A DNA stretch of 64,000 nt. It comes from Candidatus Planktophila sp. (GTDB taxonomy: Bacteria > Actinomycetota > Actinomycetes > Nanopelagicales > Nanopelagicaceae). The translations under genes were made by a program, and so were the position numbers. The notes under the pieces were generated by a model. It searched no databases and was not told where the DNA came from. It was given only the letters and a program-made list of their open reading frames with translations. The number at the start of each line of letters is the position of its first letter. Positions within the stretch are counted from its first letter, which is position 1. The stretch covers positions 6,070 to 70,069 of the forward strand of contig JBBAMY010000004.1 in the NCBI GenBank assembly GCA_040402235.1, given 5' to 3'. This document shows positions 34,230 through 44,547 of this stretch, piece by piece.

Positions 34230-34991
34230 CTATTTAGTTGAAAAAGTAACTGAAACCGTTGCACTAACAGTCTTGTTGATAGTGCTTGTGTCATAAGCAC
34301 CATAATCTGCAGTCATCGTTGAATCAGGTGTTGTGATTTGAATGGGACCAGCCTTTACATTGACCAATGATCCAAGTGATCCACCCACAGCCTTGGTTAG
34401 TGATTCAGCACGAAGCTTTGCATCTTTCATCGCTTCACTCATTAACTCTGGGCGAAGCTCTGGCAAGTTGGAGATGTAGTACTGAGGTCCATAGTTGTTG
34501 ACGTTAATTCCAGTTCCTAGCAATGAACCAATTCCTTGGCTGAGCTTGGATACCAACTGCACGTCCTTTGTACGAACTGTCACATCGCGAGATGCGCGAT
34601 AAGAGAGAATGCGGCCAGTTGAATTACCATTGATGAATTCCTCATTAGCATAGGTAGAAACTGCACCAAGGGTGAGGGCATCGGCTGCTATTCCACCTTG
34701 AGTTAAATAAGAAGAAAGGGCTGCAACATCTGCATCTACTTTCTTGACAGCAGCACCGACTGTTGGGGAGGAAAGGTTGACTGAGAGAGTCCACACTGCA
34801 TTATCTGCAACTGCACTTGTTTTGGCAGATCCTGTGACAGTAATTCCATTACCGGCACGTGTTGCAAAACCCGTTCCAACTTTAGTTAATCCAACACCGA
34901 GTGCGAGCGCCATGATTACGGCTGAAACAATAATTGTTACTGCCTTACGGCGCTCTACTGTGATAATCGGTGATTCATTAGGTTGGCTCAT
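34230..34991 (-). CDS. SIMPL (DUF541) domain membrane-anchored protein
   Basis: N-terminal TM, ITVTGSA, AMKDAKLRAESL, VSATVSVTF. Confidence 0.8.
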   Translation of the reverse strand: MSQPNESPIITVERRKAVTIIVSAVIMALALGVGLTKVGTGFATRAGNGITVTGSAKTSAVADNAVWTLSVNLSSPTVGAAVKKVDADVAALSSYLTQGGIAADALTLGAVSTYANEEFINGNSTGRILSYRASRDVTVRTKDVQLVSKLSQGIGSLLGTGINVNNYGPQYYISNLPELRPELMSEAMKDAKLRAESLTKAVGGSLGSLVNVKAGPIQITTPDSTMTADYGAYDTSTINKTVSATVSVTFSTK

Positions 34992-35008
34992 ATCTTTATT
35001 CTACCTAG

Positions 35009-35518
35009 TCAGATTGCGTGCAAGCGAGCGGTTTCGGCCATGCCAGCACCTCTAAATTTCTCTAACTGTGTATCCCAGGGCGCTCCCATCGCCAGAGCGA
35101 ACCCTTCTCGCATTGAATCTTCATCAAAGGCGTTCTGCATCACATTATTAATCGTAAATTCATTCAGGAGCACACCACCGCTCAGATCAGTGACTGCTCT
35201 GTGAATTCCAAGCTCTGGCGTGAAGCGAAATAGTTCACCACCATTTTCATGGTTTTCTATCACTTCAAAGTTTAAGTAATGCCAACTGCGCAATGTGCTG
35301 GCAATTTCTGCGCCAGATCCTTGGCGCCCATTGAATTGGCATTTGGTTTTATATGTGCCCACCATCATTGGTTGAGGTAACCAATTGAGCTGCGCATCTG
35401 CACCAACGATATTTTGTATCGCCCAATCAATATGACGGCGCAGCGCAGATGGTGCTGAGTGAATAGTGAGTAAGCCCCGCACCGATAATTGGGCAGAAGG
35501 CGTAACAAGACGTTGCAT
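35009..35518 (-). CDS. DUF3145 family protein
   Basis: RGLLTIHSAPSALRRHIDWA, TPELGI; this family typically lies downstream of actinobacterial fab operons. Confidence 0.8.
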   Translation of the reverse strand: MQRLVTPSAQLSVRGLLTIHSAPSALRRHIDWAIQNIVGADAQLNWLPQPMMVGTYKTKCQFNGRQGSGAEIASTLRSWHYLNFEVIENHENGGELFRFTPELGIHRAVTDLSGGVLLNEFTINNVMQNAFDEDSMREGFALAMGAPWDTQLEKFRGAGMAETARLHAI

Positions 35519-35780
35519 ACATTTCTCCTAGCAAGGGCGCCAAATGCGACCTTCCCCAGCTGCATTTGCTCTTACTAGTACCTCAATTGAACACCTCGCA
35601 CGCTCAAACTGTCCAGCCCCACTTTAGGCATACGGCTCAGTAGGCGGTAGAGTTCACCTCAGTCGGACGCTTAATCAGTACCCGTTTCATGTAACACATA
35701 TTCGGTATCGCTGGCGCAAGAGGAAGACCGTGATCCGAGGATTTCTCGGAACACCCACATATCGAAGGAAAAGTAAAAAC

Positions 35781-35984
35781 ATGGCAACAGGCACAGTTAA
35801 GTGGTTCAACTCTGAAAAGGGTTTCGGTTTCATTGCAGTTGATGGTGGCGGACAAGATGTATTCGTTCACTACTCAGCAATCCAAGGAAACGGTTACAAG
35901 TCCCTTGAAGAGGGTCAGGCAGTTTCATTTGAGGTCGTACAGGGTCCAAAGGGTCCTCAGGCTGATGCAGTTAATCCTGCCTAA
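35781..35984 (+). CDS. cspA: Cold-shock protein
   Basis: [22 protein letters not shown]; start 35781 with GAAGGA RBS; TAGAGT near 35648 implies a ~125-nt leader. Confidence 0.96.
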   Translation: MATGTVKWFNSEKGFGFIAVDGGGQDVFVHYSAIQGNGYKSLEEGQAVSFEVVQGPKGPQADAVNPA

Positions 35985-36000
35985 TTAAAACCGCTTTAAA

Positions 36001-36038
36001 AATAACCCTCACTGGAAACAGTGGGGGTTATTTATTTT
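36001..36038. terminator. Bidirectional terminator after cspA
   Basis: AATAACCCTCACTG-GAAA-CAGTGGGGGTTATT with flanking A/T tracts. Confidence 0.85.
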
Positions 36039-36613
36039 GGTACAGGTGGAATCTCACCAACTTTTAACTTACGTGCATTAACTTCCTTTACAGGAGATAA
36101 ATCTTTTCCAGCCTTCCATGCATCTAAATATTTCCACGGCAATACTTGCCCGCGCCGCACCCACCATGTTTGAGCTGGTGTTGGCCAAGAGATACCAAAA
36201 TGTAAGTGTGGAGGTGTGCCTCGCGCACTTCCAGTTGCTCCAATAGTTCCGAGCAGACGCCCAGCTTTAACGACTACTCCTGGTTGAATGCTGGCGGGAA
36301 TAGAGCGCAGATGCGAACCGTAATAGCGAACACCATCGTCACCAATAATTGAAACGTAGAGTCCACCACGATCAATACCTAAATTAGTTTTTCCACTCCA
36401 AGCATCAATCCGATTTACTTCATCAATCACGCCGTTAATTGGAGCCACAAACTTGCAACCAGCTTTGGCCAAAATATCGGTAGCTGCATAATCATGGTGA
36501 GCTTTGGCGTAGTTGACTTCACAACCTGTCACAGGAAATACATACACCGGTGCAGCTTGAGCCGGGGTAATACTAGAGATTAAAAAGATGAGTGGTAATA
36601 ATCGTTTAATCAC
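36032..36613 (-). CDS. Secreted M23 family peptidase
   Basis: Signal peptide ending AQA, His/Asp motif HHDYAATD and HLH. Confidence 0.85.
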   Translation of the reverse strand: MIKRLLPLIFLISSITPAQAAPVYVFPVTGCEVNYAKAHHDYAATDILAKAGCKFVAPINGVIDEVNRIDAWSGKTNLGIDRGGLYVSIIGDDGVRYYGSHLRSIPASIQPGVVVKAGRLLGTIGATGSARGTPPHLHFGISWPTPAQTWWVRRGQVLPWKYLDAWKAGKDLSPVKEVNARKLKVGEIPPVPK

Positions 36614-36636
36614 GTCGCAAGGTTATAGGGCAGTGA

Positions 36637-37584
36637 CTAGATTTTTAGCGCTTTGCGGTCGAGTTTTGCTGTGACAATCATGTGAGGAACAGTTAGCGCC
36701 CACACAATGGTTAAAACAAACCAGAAAAATGATTTATCAACGTTGCCATAAATCCACAGTCCGGCAGCAACGAGAAAACTGCCTACTAAGGCTGGTGTGC
36801 CAGGCACGACTGCAGACCAGAAGGCCTTCAAAGCACGTGATTGTTCATAGTCGCTCTGTGATTTGGGCAAAACAAGAGTTAAACGGGCCGTATGGCGCAT
36901 CGCATGCCAGCATCCAAAATAAACCGCAAAAGCAATCAACGGCGGGGTCAGAACTGCCAAAGCTGCAAGTAAGAAGAGGTCAACAACATCTCGAAATCTC
37001 TTTGTAATCACAAGTGCTACTAAAGCCATAATGAAAAGAGCTAGAACAATTAATCTTAAACTTTCATCAAGGCCTTGGTGCCAGTTAACTAAATTTGTAT
37101 TCACTTGCGCAAGAGCGCTTGTACTTGATGAGTTAATGAGAGGCAAGACAACTGGAATTGAGCCAAAGGCTAAGACAACAAAAGGTGTAGGTAAACGAGA
37201 ACTAGTTTTTTCCTTCAGGCGATCTAATTCATTAAGAAAAGCACTGTCTCCTACCCCAAAGTGAACCAGGCTCATCAGAACCACTATCTGAAATCCAAGA
37301 ACATTCCACTTCAAAATTGCTAGAACTGCAACGCATGCAACCAATACATAGATAGAAATGAATATAAACATGATCTTCTTGTTGGTTCGTGGCACGGTTA
37401 CAAAATGGTCCAGAGCGCCATGAGGAATTCCAACAGCTAGGGCAAAGAGGGCAATAGCTACTTGCCAGGTGAGATCTTTTGAACCTATCAACTGTGATGC
37501 AACGATTGAGGCCACAATTGCCATGGCAACAGCCACTGATGAGTACAAGCGCACTCTTTCAAATAGTTCTAGAGGAGTTTTCAA
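36637..37584 (-). CDS. blh: Beta-carotene 15,15'-dioxygenase (Brp/Blh)
   Basis: Polytopic; GIPHGALDH, HFG, WHAMRH, LTVPH His motifs. Confidence 0.92.
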   Translation of the reverse strand: MKTPLELFERVRLYSSVAVAMAIVASIVASQLIGSKDLTWQVAIALFALAVGIPHGALDHFVTVPRTNKKIMFIFISIYVLVACVAVLAILKWNVLGFQIVVLMSLVHFGVGDSAFLNELDRLKEKTSSRLPTPFVVLAFGSIPVVLPLINSSSTSALAQVNTNLVNWHQGLDESLRLIVLALFIMALVALVITKRFRDVVDLFLLAALAVLTPPLIAFAVYFGCWHAMRHTARLTLVLPKSQSDYEQSRALKAFWSAVVPGTPALVGSFLVAAGLWIYGNVDKSFFWFVLTIVWALTVPHMIVTAKLDRKALKI

Positions 37585-37658
37585 GTCTCACTACGCTTTC
37601 TTCTTAGAAACCTGCATGACAGTATCAACTATCTCTAAAGATTATGAGAGAATCCACC

Positions 37659-37994
37659 ATGCTCAAGTTGAGTTATTTAGCGATGCTAATTTTCACCATG
37701 GTTGCATCCTTCTGGCTTGAAATCGCCTTCAAGGTGCATGTGCTGCGTCGCATGAAGCGAGTTCTCCTGAGCCTTCTGCCCATTAGTTTGGGATTTTTGA
37801 TCTGGGATGCCTATGCCATTGCTCAAGGTCATTGGTATTTCGATCAGAAGCAGGTCACCGGAATTAATGGGCCCTTCAATATTCCAATCGAAGAGATTCT
37901 CTTCTTCCTCATCATTCCAATAGCCGTTCTCATGACGCTGGAAGGTGTGGCCCGTATTAAGCCGCAATGGAAGCATCCAGAGCTGCGAAAATGA
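37659..37994 (+). CDS. crtYc: Heterodimeric lycopene cyclase subunit (CrtYc-like)
   Basis: Hydrophobic, WDAYAI...WYFD, IPIEEILFF; start 37659 or 37644. Confidence 0.85.
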   Translation: MLKLSYLAMLIFTMVASFWLEIAFKVHVLRRMKRVLLSLLPISLGFLIWDAYAIAQGHWYFDQKQVTGINGPFNIPIEEILFFLIIPIAVLMTLEGVARIKPQWKHPELRK

Positions 37995-38296
37995 TTTACT
38001 CCGACATTGTTATTGCCATTCTCATTTTCTCTGTGTTGTTAGATCTATTTGGGTTTAAGAACTCACTTCTAACAAGACCCATCTTCTGGTCCTCTTACGC
38101 AATTATTCTCCCCTTCCAATTGCTGACTAACTGGTGGCTTACATCCCGAAATATCGTCATGTATGACCCAGATGTAATTAGTGGCCTGCGCATCATGAGT
38201 GCACCCATCGAAGATTTGATCTTTGGCTTTGCCCTTATCCTCAATGTCATGGGGATGTGGGAGTACTGGGGCACAAAGGGAGTGCAAAAAGATTGA
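37991..38296 (+). CDS. crtYd: Heterodimeric lycopene cyclase subunit (CrtYd-like)
   Basis: Hydrophobic, IVMYD, APIEDLIFGF; ATGA overlap with crtYc. Confidence 0.85.
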   Translation: MIYSDIVIAILIFSVLLDLFGFKNSLLTRPIFWSSYAIILPFQLLTNWWLTSRNIVMYDPDVISGLRIMSAPIEDLIFGFALILNVMGMWEYWGTKGVQKD

Positions 38297-38330
38297 GTAA
38301 AACTAGATATCCTTCTACCTAATTGTTTTA

Positions 38331-38404
38331 GGGGCGGTAGCTCAGTTGGTTAGAGCCCAGAACTCATAATTCTGTCGTCGTCGGTTCGAGCCCGACCCGC
38401 CCCA
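38331..38404 (+). tRNA. tRNA with CAT anticodon, probably tRNA-Ile2 (elongator Met not excluded); CCA not encoded
   Basis: GGGGCGG/CCGCCCC acceptor stem, CAGAA-CTCATAA-TTCTG anticodon arm, GGTTCGAG T-loop; paired G1-C72 excludes initiator. Confidence 0.9.
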
Positions 38405-38414
38405 CTGTAATTTT

Positions 38415-39389
38415 CTAGGCCGTTAAAGTAGCAATATCTAGTAACTCTTCATTAATCGGTGTATCGGTTGGGCAACTTTTATTTAACTCCAAAATTTCAA
38501 CTTCAGTGAGCTGTACATCAACACCTTTAAGTGAATCTAAAATCGATGATGCGGTGGATGCACCAGGAATCGGAATTGAAGTTGGGAATTGGTTTAAGTG
38601 CCAAGCAATAGTTAATGCATAAGCAGAAACGCTTTTGCTCTCGGCCATTTCCTTGAAAGCACCAATATCTCCAGTGGCAATTTTTTTGAAGCTTCTATTG
38701 CCGCCTAGTGGTGACCAAGGAAGATATGCAATACCAAATTCATTACATATATCGATTACTTCAGGCCAGTGCCGATAATTTGGACTGTATTCATTTTGCA
38801 CAGAAATAATGCCGCCTTGCGCAGGTGTTCCACCGGCTTTAATTGCATGGCGCAACATTTGGGCGTTGACGTTACTTAAGCCAATTTCGGCAACGTAGCC
38901 ATGATCTTTTAATGTCATGACATTGTCGAACTGCTCTTCATATGAAATCGCTGGATCAGTTCGGTGATGTTGCCATAGTGGAATTTTGCTCAAACCTAGT
39001 TTGTAGGCAGATGCCTCAACAGCGCGATATAGATAATGCTTAGTTGCATTGCGTCCAGAGATTCCAAACATGGAACCATCTTTTTCACGGGTGATGCCTG
39101 CTTTAGTTGTAATAACAACTTTATTCTTTTGTTCAGGTGTGGCTTTCCAGCTCGCAAAGGCTTTTCCGACAAGAATCTCGTTGTGTCCCATAGTATTCCA
39201 GCTAGGGGCATAAATATCGGCAGTGTCTAAAAGAGTAATGCCAGCATCCAAGGCGGCGTGGATTGCCCCAATTGCCGCATCAGGTTGATTGAGTAAATCT
39301 GGGTGCCGCTCATTTGGAAAAGACAAATGCATGCAGCCCATTCCAATTGCTGAGACTGAATATGGACCGAGTCTTCGCTGAGGAATCAT
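38415..39389 (-). CDS. Aldo/keto reductase
   Basis: GMGCM, DTADIY, IGLSN, PWSPLGG, PIPG; start moved to ATG 39389. Confidence 0.92.
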   Translation of the reverse strand: MIPQRRLGPYSVSAIGMGCMHLSFPNERHPDLLNQPDAAIGAIHAALDAGITLLDTADIYAPSWNTMGHNEILVGKAFASWKATPEQKNKVVITTKAGITREKDGSMFGISGRNATKHYLYRAVEASAYKLGLSKIPLWQHHRTDPAISYEEQFDNVMTLKDHGYVAEIGLSNVNAQMLRHAIKAGGTPAQGGIISVQNEYSPNYRHWPEVIDICNEFGIAYLPWSPLGGNRSFKKIATGDIGAFKEMAESKSVSAYALTIAWHLNQFPTSIPIPGASTASSILDSLKGVDVQLTEVEILELNKSCPTDTPINEELLDIATLTA

Positions 39390-39438
39390 GTGATTATCGT
39401 AATGCAAACTCTGTTCAACTTAGATAACGGTTGCAATA

Positions 39439-41679
<2,241 letters not shown>

Positions 41680-41712
41680 TTATGACCAGAACTCTCGAGA
41701 AGTAGACCACTC

Positions 41713-41844
41713 GTGATGCAAATAAATGCGTTATTGCCCCTTCTAATCTTGGACACACATATAGTTGCGGGGTTCTTAGTGTCATTCCTGATTCTGCCCA
41801 ATATTGCAGTGCTGCTGATCCAACAACTTCGTAAAAGTAGCTAA
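41713..41844 (+). CDS. Putative small membrane protein (42-43 aa)
   Basis: Manual translation (M)MQINALLPLLILDTHIVAGFLVSFLILPNIAVLLIQQLRKSS: hydrophobic core, basic tail; not in ORF track. Confidence 0.45.
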   Translation: MMQINALLPLLILDTHIVAGFLVSFLILPNIAVLLIQQLRKSS

Positions 41845-41972
41845 AAGCAGTTCTAGGGGTGACCCTATCTCCGCACAGATGATTACAGCGCATATCTAGT
41901 GCCATCTCTCAATTGATTAAGTAATCTCTTTATGTCGGAGTAATTATTTACTTTAGGTTTAACCTTGAAGAC

Positions 41973-42641
41973 ATGAGCGATCGCGTATTAGTTGTAGTCG
42001 ATGATGCTTTTGAAATGTCCACGCTAGTTGCTGCTTTACGCTTACATGAGATTGATGTAATCGGAGAAGCTAAAAGTGAGAACGTGGCAATCAATTTACT
42101 TCGACGCTTGCAACCAGATGTAATTTTGCTTGATATGAATATTATTGGAATATCTGCTATAAACATCGCCATTAATATGCGTAAAGTAAATCAAAACATT
42201 GGAATCGTTATCCTCAACAGTTGTTCAGATCTTCGCCTGATGGGTGAATCTAATGACGAAGTTCCAGTCGGAGCGAAAATAATAATAAAGAAATCAATCG
42301 TAGATTTCACCGTTTTGTGCACTGCTATCACTGAATCAAAGATCTCGGCCGTTGAAAAGCATAAGGTGGTATGGATTAACGGCAATACTTCATTTCAAGA
42401 GCAAGGTGTTCTGGCGTTGATGGCCCATCTGACTAACACTCAAGCCGAAGTTCTGCGTTTAGTTGCTGACGGAATGACTAATGCCCAGATTGGCCGCACA
42501 CGTTATGTGAGTGAGAAATCTGTGGAACAAGTAATTTCACGAGTGGCACAGGAGTTGAATGTGCAACCAGATGCAAATATGAATATGCGAGTCCAACTTG
42601 TTGGTGAGTATTACCGCTGGTTAGGCGCGCCACACCACTAA
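41973..42641 (+). CDS. NarL/LuxR-type response regulator (no kinase in window)
   Basis: REC domain (VVDD, PDVILLD) plus LuxR HTH (LTNTQAEVLRLVADGMTNAQIG). Confidence 0.88.
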   Translation: MSDRVLVVVDDAFEMSTLVAALRLHEIDVIGEAKSENVAINLLRRLQPDVILLDMNIIGISAINIAINMRKVNQNIGIVILNSCSDLRLMGESNDEVPVGAKIIIKKSIVDFTVLCTAITESKISAVEKHKVVWINGNTSFQEQGVLALMAHLTNTQAEVLRLVADGMTNAQIGRTRYVSEKSVEQVISRVAQELNVQPDANMNMRVQLVGEYYRWLGAPHH

Positions 42642-42673
42642 TTGGCCAGCGTTCATAGGTAAAATTTGCGCCT

Positions 42674-42931
42674 ATGGAGCTGCAACAAATACGCAATCGA
42701 TGGAACGAAGTCCTCGATGCAGTTCTAGAAGTAGATCGAATTTCATGGCTAGCTTTCTTTGATGCGCGCTTGGCCGAATTTGATGGCAGGACCCTTACTT
42801 TGGATTTTTCAGATGCCCGTAAACTTTCAAACTCTCATGAATTCTCAGATACTCGATTGAAGCAACAGCAGATTCTCATTGAAACGATTAAGTCTGTGCT
42901 GGCTATTGATGTTGAAATAATTGAGCGATGA
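42674..42931 (+). CDS. 85-aa protein resembling the actinobacterial DnaX C-terminal / DnaA domain I fold
   Basis: IRNRWNEVLDAV...SW...FDGRTLTLDF...ILIETIKSVLAIDVEI pattern, recognised by eye; TAAAAT upstream; ATGA overlap with next gene. Confidence 0.6.
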   Translation: MELQQIRNRWNEVLDAVLEVDRISWLAFFDARLAEFDGRTLTLDFSDARKLSNSHEFSDTRLKQQQILIETIKSVLAIDVEIIER

Positions 42932-44547
42932 GGGTCCGTGCTGCAGTCACAGCTATAGCGCTGACGCTTTTGCTAGTTGATGTGCCACAAGTTCAGGCAG
43001 CGGCAAGCTCACTTACTCTTTCCTTAAGACAAACACCATCGGCGACAGATTCAGTTGTCACTTTCTACGGCACCATTAAGCCGGCTCGTTCAAGCTTGAG
43101 CGTTAAAATTCAAGGCAATACTTCAGGTGCTTGGAAGACCACGCGTTTTATGACTAAGACCACAAAAGCAGGAACGTGGAAAATTGTGGCCGTTGCAACT
43201 TCATTTGATATTCCTGTTAAGTATCGCGCTCAAGTAAATGTTTCAGGCAAAATAATAAACTCCCCCATTCGCACAATCACGATGAAGAAACTGCCACAGA
43301 TTTCAAGTACTGACCCTTCTTTGGTTGTTGAATCCTTCGGTCCAGGGGGGCGCATTCATGGGGCCGATGTGAGTAGATGGCAGCATCCAAATGATAAGCC
43401 AATAGATTTCTCAGTTGCTTATGCCTCTGGACTTCGCTTTGTCATGATTAAGGCCTCTGACACTAGAGATGAAGCAGATGCACTTTCACTTAAGTACCTC
43501 ATTATGGATCACGCTGCAGCACAAGCTGCTGGTCTCTATACCGGGTTTTATCACTATGCGATTTTGCCTGATGTTAGTGATTCAGCAGGGATCATCCGGG
43601 ATGCAACCGCTCAAGCTCAAAAAGTATTATGGAGATTAGCTGCCATCGGTGGTTACACCGAAAGAGATCTCTCTTATGCCTTAGATCTTGAGAATAAGTG
43701 TGTGCGCGTATCTTCTTCAGGTGCCTGCCAGAAATATGCCAGCCGCGCTGCAGTAACTTTATGGGCGGAAACTTTCTTAGGTTTACTCAAAGAAAAGACT
43801 GGAAGAACTCCCATCCTTTACTCTTATTCAAACTTTCTAGAGAGTTCAATGAATAAGAGCGCCAAATTATCCCAATACCCTCTTTGGCTTGCCCAGTATG
43901 CAATTGATCCCTTTAATCCCATCAATCAACCAGGTATTAAAGCTGGTGGTTGCTTTGTTCACTCATGGACAAGTGCTAACTGTGATTCGCAATGGAGTAT
44001 TTGGCAATACACATCCTGTGGAATTGCACCTAAGTATGGCGTTCCAGGTACTCGACTTGATCTCAATATCTTTAGAGGAAGCGCATCAGATTTCCTCAAT
44101 CTCTCTAAGGGCAGTTGGGCACCGGCATTAGTAGATTTGATGCCAAATAATGAGCCAACACAGATGGTTATTAATGCTCAATCAGCGAGCACAACAAACA
44201 AGTTAGTTACCTTTAAAACAACAGTCACACGACCTGATTCAACTCCGGTTGTGACTGGTGCGGTCAAACTTGTCTTTGACGCTGCAACTGCGCCAAAAAC
44301 TAAGCCAGTTCAAACTGTTTTACGCGCCACAAGTGGTGAGTGGACCTTGGCTATTAAGGGAGTTCCTGCTGGAACTTATAGTGGAACAGTTGTTTATACC
44401 GATGTTTCACAAACACATGCGCAAAGCACTCAGGCGGTAACTTTCACCGTGGTTCAAGGGCCAACACCTTCGCCAACACCAGAGCCAACCAAGAAGCCAA
44501 CTAAGAAACCTTCAGTAGATGGTTGTGCAAATCAGATTAAGAACTAA
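42928..44547 (+). CDS. Secreted GH25 muramidase with flanking beta-rich domains
   Basis: Signal peptide, GADVSRWQH, IKAS, GFYHY, LDLE (DxE), LWLAQY, WQYTS, LDLN; Pro/Thr/Lys tail. Confidence 0.88.
   Translation: MRVRAAVTAIALTLLLVDVPQVQAAASSLTLSLRQTPSATDSVVTFYGTIKPARSSLSVKIQGNTSGAWKTTRFMTKTTKAGTWKIVAVATSFDIPVKYRAQVNVSGKIINSPIRTITMKKLPQISSTDPSLVVESFGPGGRIHGADVSRWQHPNDKPIDFSVAYASGLRFVMIKASDTRDEADALSLKYLIMDHAAAQAAGLYTGFYHYAILPDVSDSAGIIRDATAQAQKVLWRLAAIGGYTERDLSYALDLENKCVRVSSSGACQKYASRAAVTLWAETFLGLLKEKTGRTPILYSYSNFLESSMNKSAKLSQYPLWLAQYAIDPFNPINQPGIKAGGCFVHSWTSANCDSQWSIWQYTSCGIAPKYGVPGTRLDLNIFRGSASDFLNLSKGSWAPALVDLMPNNEPTQMVINAQSASTTNKLVTFKTTVTRPDSTPVVTGAVKLVFDAATAPKTKPVQTVLRATSGEWTLAIKGVPAGTYSGTVVYTDVSQTHAQSTQAVTFTVVQGPTPSPTPEPTKKPTKKPSVDGCANQIKN

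Noticed and set aside
35655-35780. Long hairpin-containing cspA 5' leader
   Set aside because: Expected feature of cold-shock genes; nothing unusual could be shown by eye
44460-44512. Short CCAAC/AAGAAGCC repeats
   Set aside because: Encode the Pro/Thr/Lys tail of the GH25 protein; not CRISPR-like
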